Shown here one piece after another: positions 25,246 through 30,037 of a stretch of 30,037 nucleotides of DNA. The notes beneath the pieces were generated by a model. It searched no databases. It was not told the DNA's origin and saw nothing but the letters and a program-made list of their open reading frames with translations. This DNA is from Candidatus Sulfobium sp. (lineage in GTDB: Bacteria; Nitrospirota; Thermodesulfovibrionia; Thermodesulfovibrionales; UBA6898), in contig JARRRI010000008.1 of the NCBI GenBank assembly GCA_037380845.1, positions 1-30,037 on the forward strand, given 5' to 3'. The first letter of the stretch is position 1. Each line of letters begins with the position of its first letter. The position numbers and the translations under genes were made by a program.

Positions 25246-25506
25246 CACAATGCCACGGAGAAGAAGAGCATGCCTTTTCAAAATTTAACCCGCTTTATTC
25301 ACAAATTTTCCTGCATGGCGACAGGACATAGTGTTTGAGCCGTTTTACTTGCCCGATATTCAGACACTATGTATCCCGAAATAAAGAGGGCAAGTTCCTC
25401 GGAGGTCGTAACGACCGGGAATGAGCGAAAATACTATGTCCTTTCGCGTCCACCACATTTCATGAATAATCCGGGTTAACTCTGTCTCCGTGTCTCAGTG
25501 CCAGTG
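25246..25506. repeat. 8-nt-unit REP-like palindrome (copy 3), interrupted by the MITE
   Basis: Left arm CACAATGC CACGGAGA (25246-25261); right arm TCTCCGTG TCTCAGTG CCAGTG (25485-25506), whose first 16 nt are identical to 6482-6497. Confidence 0.6.
25289..25475. mobile_element. Non-autonomous miniature inverted-repeat element (MITE), 187 bp
   Basis: Terminal IRs CCCGCTTTATTCACAAA / TTCATGAATAATCCGGG (13/17 match); TTAA on both flanks (25285-25288, 25476-25479); nested internal IRs; no ORF. Confidence 0.7.
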
Positions 25507-25518
25507 GTTAAATACTCA

Positions 25519-26394
25519 TCAGGCAGCGACTACCAGGACGAAGCCGGCGAACATGAGCAGCGCACCCGCAAGCCTTTCCTTTATATTTCCCTCCCTGAAG
25601 AAGAGATAGCCATAAACGACACCGATGAGCAGACTGATCCGCTTTACCGAAATCATGTATGCAACGTTCGTAAGATGCATGGCGATCATCTGGGCTACGA
25701 TCATGATCCCATAAAAGAATCCGCACGGTCCGAGAACGGGGATATGTTTTCTCCATCTGAAGGACCTCCACTCCTTCCGAGCCTTCAAGAGACCGATGGG
25801 CGTAAAAAATATCGTCAGGACCGTAAAGTAGGTGATACCAAAGAACAGCGGAGATGAATGTTCTATAGCCATCTTGCCGAATGAAGAAGTGATGCTATAC
25901 AGCACCGCAACACAGATCATCATAAGGGAGCCCTTTTCCCCGGCCAGCTTCCTGAACGGGGCCCAGAGCCCTCCTTTCGACCGCCCGATGTTCAGAACAT
26001 AGCTTCCAGCGGCTATAAGGAATATACCCGCCGCACCCCGTGCCGAAACCTCCTCTCCCAGCACAACATAAGATGCGACAATGAGTGCAACCGGAGTAAT
26101 TGCCAGAAAGGGCAGGGTCAGACTAAGCGGCGACGCCTTAAGTGCCTTGACGTACAGAACGACGGTAACCAGTTCCACCGGCAGAGCGACAAGAAAAGCC
26201 TCATAGAACTGATTGTCAAGCGGCGGCGCCGGTACGAAAAGCCAGGTTACGAAGAGCAGCGGCAGGGTAAACACCAGCCTGAGCCAGGCCACCAGATATT
26301 CGTTGCCGTCCTCAAGTGATTTCTTCGCCAGTGCATCACTGGTGGCCAGTGAAAAGGCGGACAACAGAGACAGGAAGACCCATGTATGGCCCAT
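25519..26394 (-). CDS. DMT/EamA-family transporter
   Basis: About 10 TMs in two repeats; 'LYVKALKASPLSLTLPFLAITP', 'VLGEEVS', 'VAYMISVKR', 'LFFREGNIKERLAGALLM'. Confidence 0.9.
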   Translation of the reverse strand: MGHTWVFLSLLSAFSLATSDALAKKSLEDGNEYLVAWLRLVFTLPLLFVTWLFVPAPPLDNQFYEAFLVALPVELVTVVLYVKALKASPLSLTLPFLAITPVALIVASYVVLGEEVSARGAAGIFLIAAGSYVLNIGRSKGGLWAPFRKLAGEKGSLMMICVAVLYSITSSFGKMAIEHSSPLFFGITYFTVLTIFFTPIGLLKARKEWRSFRWRKHIPVLGPCGFFYGIMIVAQMIAMHLTNVAYMISVKRISLLIGVVYGYLFFREGNIKERLAGALLMFAGFVLVVAA

Positions 26395-26397
26395 CTT

Positions 26398-27375
26398 TCA
26401 GTGTACCCTGAAGACAAGGCATCCTTTAAGGATCATGAAAGGCAGAGCCATAATCGAGGCCCCCATGAGACACAGGACAAACAGTGGCACGGCCAGATAG
26501 CCGGCGGTTGCCGCCCCTGCCCATTTCAATTTCTCCGTCGCGGCGGCCGAATAAGTGACCTCCCCTTTTAGTGCCCTCACGTCATCATAGACAAGCCGAA
26601 TGAATATCAGGAGATAAGGAAAGAAGAGAAAGGACAGTATAGGTCCCAGGAGCGGCACCGTTCCTATCAGGACAGAGACTATCCATACCAGAAAAAGCCT
26701 GAGAAAGACTTCCAGCCACAGTCCCCTTACGTACTCTTTGCTTTTCAAAAGACAGTCCATCCCCCTCCCGCCTTCGGCAATGAATATGAACTGGGAGAAG
26801 GCAAACCACACCGAAAATATGACGCCCGGAACGATAAAGAGCAGAAACCCGCCGGGGATGATATAACCTATCAGTGAGATAAGCCACATGAAAGACCATA
26901 TCACCGACCGGCTCTTCCCAAGCGCCCCGCCGACTCCCAGCCCTTCATCAACGACGGCATAAACGACAGCGGCCGATCCCCAGGTAAAAAAGACGATCCC
27001 GGCTGTTATTCCCGCAACAGCTCCCGTCGCGGGCAATAGCTTATGTCCCGTGTGAAAGAGATCTGAAAAGAGATAACCAAGACCCAGACACACGCCGAAG
27101 GCTCCCGCAAAAAAGAGAAAAGTGAGGATGCAGAGCACAATAAGAACACCCGCACGCCGCTTGTATATCTCCCATGCCCGCTTGAAGAGTGCGCCCGGGT
27201 CCGCGAGACCTCCTTTGTTTCCGGGGCCCTCCGATGCTGACCGGAAATCCTTAGATCTTTCTCCCCGCCCTGCCTCCGCATCTTCGCCCTCAGACTGACC
27301 GTTCTTCTCTTTGAGATCTTTTAACCTCCCGGCCTTCCACTTCTCGTACTCATCCCTGTCCCTGAACTCCGTCAT
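26398..27375 (-). CDS. Hypothetical integral membrane protein (YciC/DUF975-like TM region) with a charged N-terminus
   Basis: SD GAGGAG; charged N-terminal ~55 aa; 'GALFKRAWEIYKRR', 'LLFIVPGVIFSVWFAFSQF', 'DCLLKSKEYVRGLW'. Confidence 0.75.
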   Translation of the reverse strand: MTEFRDRDEYEKWKAGRLKDLKEKNGQSEGEDAEAGRGERSKDFRSASEGPGNKGGLADPGALFKRAWEIYKRRAGVLIVLCILTFLFFAGAFGVCLGLGYLFSDLFHTGHKLLPATGAVAGITAGIVFFTWGSAAVVYAVVDEGLGVGGALGKSRSVIWSFMWLISLIGYIIPGGFLLFIVPGVIFSVWFAFSQFIFIAEGGRGMDCLLKSKEYVRGLWLEVFLRLFLVWIVSVLIGTVPLLGPILSFLFFPYLLIFIRLVYDDVRALKGEVTYSAAATEKLKWAGAATAGYLAVPLFVLCLMGASIMALPFMILKGCLVFRVH

Positions 27376-27546
27376 TTACCGCTCCTCGCCAATTTTGTTT
27401 ATATAAACCATTCAAGGTCCCTGCCGCAGACCGCAAACCTCCCGGTATATTCTACATATTCGGCTCATTCTTCAATATCATAAAAGCTGAGATCGGCACC
27501 ACATTTGACCGGCGGCAAAAAAACAGTCTCACTTCCCGGCGGCAAC

Positions 27547-27555
27547 TGCTATAAT
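27547..27555 (+). promoter_or_regulatory. Extended -10 promoter of the MscS gene
   Basis: TGCTATAAT 34 nt upstream of ATG 27590. Confidence 0.5.
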
Positions 27556-27589
27556 AAGGCGTTCGTAATTCTGTGAATAACCATGTAAA

Positions 27590-28636
27590 ATGACAGGCCT
27601 GGTGGAGTCTCTGAACATATCGTCTCATCCTTATGTAAATGCGCTTGTCTTCTTTATCGTCTCTATCATCATGGCGAAGGCGGCTGACCTGCTGGTCGAC
27701 AAGGTCCTCCGGAGATTTTCGCGGGTCACAAAGACGGACCTGGATGACAGGATCATAGACCTGACCCACAGGCCTATATTTTATACGATAGTAATAGCCG
27801 GCAGTGTCGTCGCCATATCATATCTGGACCCTCCTCCGAAGGTCTTTTTTTACACCAGCGGCATAATGTATTCACTCCTTGCCATAACCTGGTGCATAAC
27901 CGGCATTAATATCAGCAACACTACGATCGAACACGCCGTCTACAGGGTCTCCGACGTAACCGGCATGAGCAAGGACGTTGTGCCCCTGGTAAAAAACGTA
28001 TTAAAGATCGTGATAATTGTGGCCGCCCTCATGGTGGTCCTCTCCCTCTGGAAGGTCGACATTACACCCGTCATGGCATCGGCAGGGATTGCGGGCGCTG
28101 CCATGGCGTTGGCGGCAAAAGACACAATAGCAAACCTTTTTGGGGGTATCAGCGTTTTCATGGACAAGCCCTTCAAGATCGGCGATTACATCGTTCTTGA
28201 CAGGGGGGAAAGAGGCGAGGTCGTAGACATCGGCGTAAGGAGCACACGCATCAAGACCCGTGACGACATCATGATAACAATCCCAAATTCAATAATGGCA
28301 AATACGAAGATCATCAACGAGAGTGCCCCTGTACCCAACTTCAGGGTGCGGATTCCCGTCTCGGTCGCATACGGAAGCGACATCGATCTCGTGCAGAAAA
28401 TACTTCTTGAAATCGCCGCCGGCAACGGCAATGTCATTCCTGAACCCGCCTCCAGGGTCAGGTTCAGGCAGTTCGGGGATTCTTCTCTGAATTTCGAACT
28501 CCTCTGCTGGACGAAGGAGCCGGCGCTGAGAGGGCGCACCGTACATGAACTGAACTGCACTATTTACAGGAAATTTAACGAACTTGGCATCAGAATACCC
28601 TTTCCGCAGCGGGATGTCCATGTCAGTCAGGGTTGA
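27590..28636 (+). CDS. Small-conductance mechanosensitive channel (MscS family)
   Basis: 'ALAAKDTIANLFGG', 'DKPFKIGDYI', 'GEVVDIGVRSTRIKT', 'IPNS', 'VSVAYGSD', 'FGDSSLNFEL', 'GIRIPFPQRDVH'. Confidence 0.95.
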   Translation: MTGLVESLNISSHPYVNALVFFIVSIIMAKAADLLVDKVLRRFSRVTKTDLDDRIIDLTHRPIFYTIVIAGSVVAISYLDPPPKVFFYTSGIMYSLLAITWCITGINISNTTIEHAVYRVSDVTGMSKDVVPLVKNVLKIVIIVAALMVVLSLWKVDITPVMASAGIAGAAMALAAKDTIANLFGGISVFMDKPFKIGDYIVLDRGERGEVVDIGVRSTRIKTRDDIMITIPNSIMANTKIINESAPVPNFRVRIPVSVAYGSDIDLVQKILLEIAAGNGNVIPEPASRVRFRQFGDSSLNFELLCWTKEPALRGRTVHELNCTIYRKFNELGIRIPFPQRDVHVSQG

Positions 28637-28699
28637 TTCCGGAATTCAGAGAAAATTGCCCGGCTGCGGTCCGCGGAACCGGGAAGCTCAAAGAATACC

Positions 28700-30037
28700 C
28701 TAAATATCAGGCCGGTCGCCGTCTTTCGGAAGGGAAACAATGAAATCGCTGCCTGAACCAGGGGTGCTCCTCACCGTTATCGTACCTTTGTGGGCCTTGA
28801 TTATCCATTGGGTTATAGACAGGCCAAGGCCGGTCCCGCCGGCCCTTCTCGACCTCTCCTTGTCGACCCGATAGAACCTTTCAAACAGGTGAGGAATGTC
28901 CTCCTCCGGGATGCCAATGCCTGTATCGCTCACAGTGATAAGGGCCTTTCCTTCTTTCTCTTGGGTGGTAATGGTCACCTTTCCACCTCTGGGAGTGTAC
29001 TTAATCGAATTCTCTACCAGATTTGAGAATGCCTGGTCCAGAAGGAACGTATCTCCGCATATCTCCAGACCCGCACGATAATCTTCCAAAAGAGAAACTC
29101 CCGAAGAAACCGCTTTACGCCCCAGCCTTTCAACGATGGCCGACAGGGCGGGGCCGAGTTCGAACCATTGCAGTCTCAGTTCAAGTATATTGTTGTCCGC
29201 CCTGGTAAGAAAGAGAAGGTCGTCCGTGATCCGGGACAGCCTGATAACGTCGGTCAGACTGCTCTCCAGGACGTTCTCATAGTCTTCGACGGCCCTCCTC
29301 CTCCGGAGGGCCACTTCGATGCTGCCGCGCAGCGCCGTCAGGGGCGACCTTATCTCGTGGGAAACGTCGGCGACAAAGCGCTTCTGCATCTCGATGGAAC
29401 GCTGGATGCTCTGCAGCATATCGTTGAAAATCACCGCCAGTTCATCGAGCTCCCGTCCCTTCGACCCGACGTTGATCCTGCCCCTCATCCTCCCGCGCCT
29501 TATCTGTTCAGCCACACTCTTTATTTCAAGTACGGGGTTCACGGCCCAGCCGGCAAAAAACCAGCTCATCACTGAACACACCAGCAGCATGAGAGGAGAG
29601 AAGAGGGTAAAAAGTCTTCTCAGCCCCGCCAGCGTCTTCGCGGTCTCATCCAGCGACTGTCCCACCCGAATGATAGTCTCCTTGTTCACGGGAAAATATA
29701 TGGTCCTGTAATCCCCTCCCATAAACTTCACCGTCTCATAACCGGCGTTCCCCTGAAATGCGCTCTTCATCAAACCCTTGTCCAGTGGCCATTGCTGATT
29801 CTGGCTCAGGGAAGTGATGATAATCTCGCCGCTATAATTGACTATCTGGAAGTACTCCTGCCTGGACTTTATTATTATCTCCTGGTCCCTGGTAAGGGTC
29901 TTGGGCTTCATCTTGTCAATAATCAGGTGGCGGGCAGTATCGAGAAGCTGTGCGTCAACCCTCTCCAGAAGCTGTCCTTTGTATTGCCCATAAAGCAGGA
30001 GACAGAAAGCGGCTATAATTATCACTACGGCGCCCGT
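28700..30037 (-). CDS. HAMP-domain sensor histidine kinase (CusS/CzcS-like), 5' end outside the window
   Basis: TM-periplasmic-TM-HAMP ('ELDELAVIFNDML'), H-box 'FVADVSHEIRSPLT', 'NLVENSIKYT', 'DTGIGI', 'FERFYRVD', 'GGTGLGLSI'. Confidence 0.93.
   Translation of the reverse strand, partial: TGAVVIIIAAFCLLLYGQYKGQLLERVDAQLLDTARHLIIDKMKPKTLTRDQEIIIKSRQEYFQIVNYSGEIIITSLSQNQQWPLDKGLMKSAFQGNAGYETVKFMGGDYRTIYFPVNKETIIRVGQSLDETAKTLAGLRRLFTLFSPLMLLVCSVMSWFFAGWAVNPVLEIKSVAEQIRRGRMRGRINVGSKGRELDELAVIFNDMLQSIQRSIEMQKRFVADVSHEIRSPLTALRGSIEVALRRRRAVEDYENVLESSLTDVIRLSRITDDLLFLTRADNNILELRLQWFELGPALSAIVERLGRKAVSSGVSLLEDYRAGLEICGDTFLLDQAFSNLVENSIKYTPRGGKVTITTQEKEGKALITVSDTGIGIPEEDIPHLFERFYRVDKERSRRAGGTGLGLSITQWIIKAHKGTITVRSTPGSGSDFIVSLPKDGDRPDI

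Noticed and set aside
1..30037. CRISPR array, rRNA/tRNA, prophage, autonomous IS or anti-phage system
   Set aside because: No regularly spaced direct repeats, RNA gene signatures, or cas, phage, transposase or defence-type ORFs were recognised.

Overview
Bacterial chromosomal window of moderate-to-high GC. The gene content suggests an anaerobic Nitrospirota/Desulfobacterota-type organism (inference only). Contents from left to right: (1) the tail of a cation:proton antiporter and a small DUF3553-like gene. (2) A minus-strand TetR-controlled efflux cluster, tetR-macA-ABC ATPase-ABC permease-tolC-emrA ... emrB. emrB has an internal deletion and frameshift, is separated from emrA by an AT-richer IPTL-CTERM surface-protein gene, and has its own copy of the 20-bp operator found at tetR. 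(3) A Prc/Tsp C-terminal protease and a convergent cfa. (4) A hybrid histidine kinase carrying a 7-Cys 'CW..CW..CxxC' module inside a HAMP-like segment, coupled to a REC-GGDEF diguanylate cyclase and followed by a stand-alone CsgG-family gene. (5) A NUDIX-pyrF-TrpE/PabB operon. (6) A sigma-54 response regulator whose cognate kinase has collapsed to a fragment, divergent from a TauE/SafE exporter with a sigma-54 promoter and candidate enhancer palindromes. (7) EamA, a membrane protein, MscS and a partial HAMP sensor kinase. Intergenic DNA holds two REP-like palindrome families and a 187-bp MITE with TTAA flanks. No rRNA, tRNA, CRISPR array, transposase or defence system was found. The best candidates for undescribed biology are the Cys-module kinase/c-di-GMP relay and the small repeat elements.
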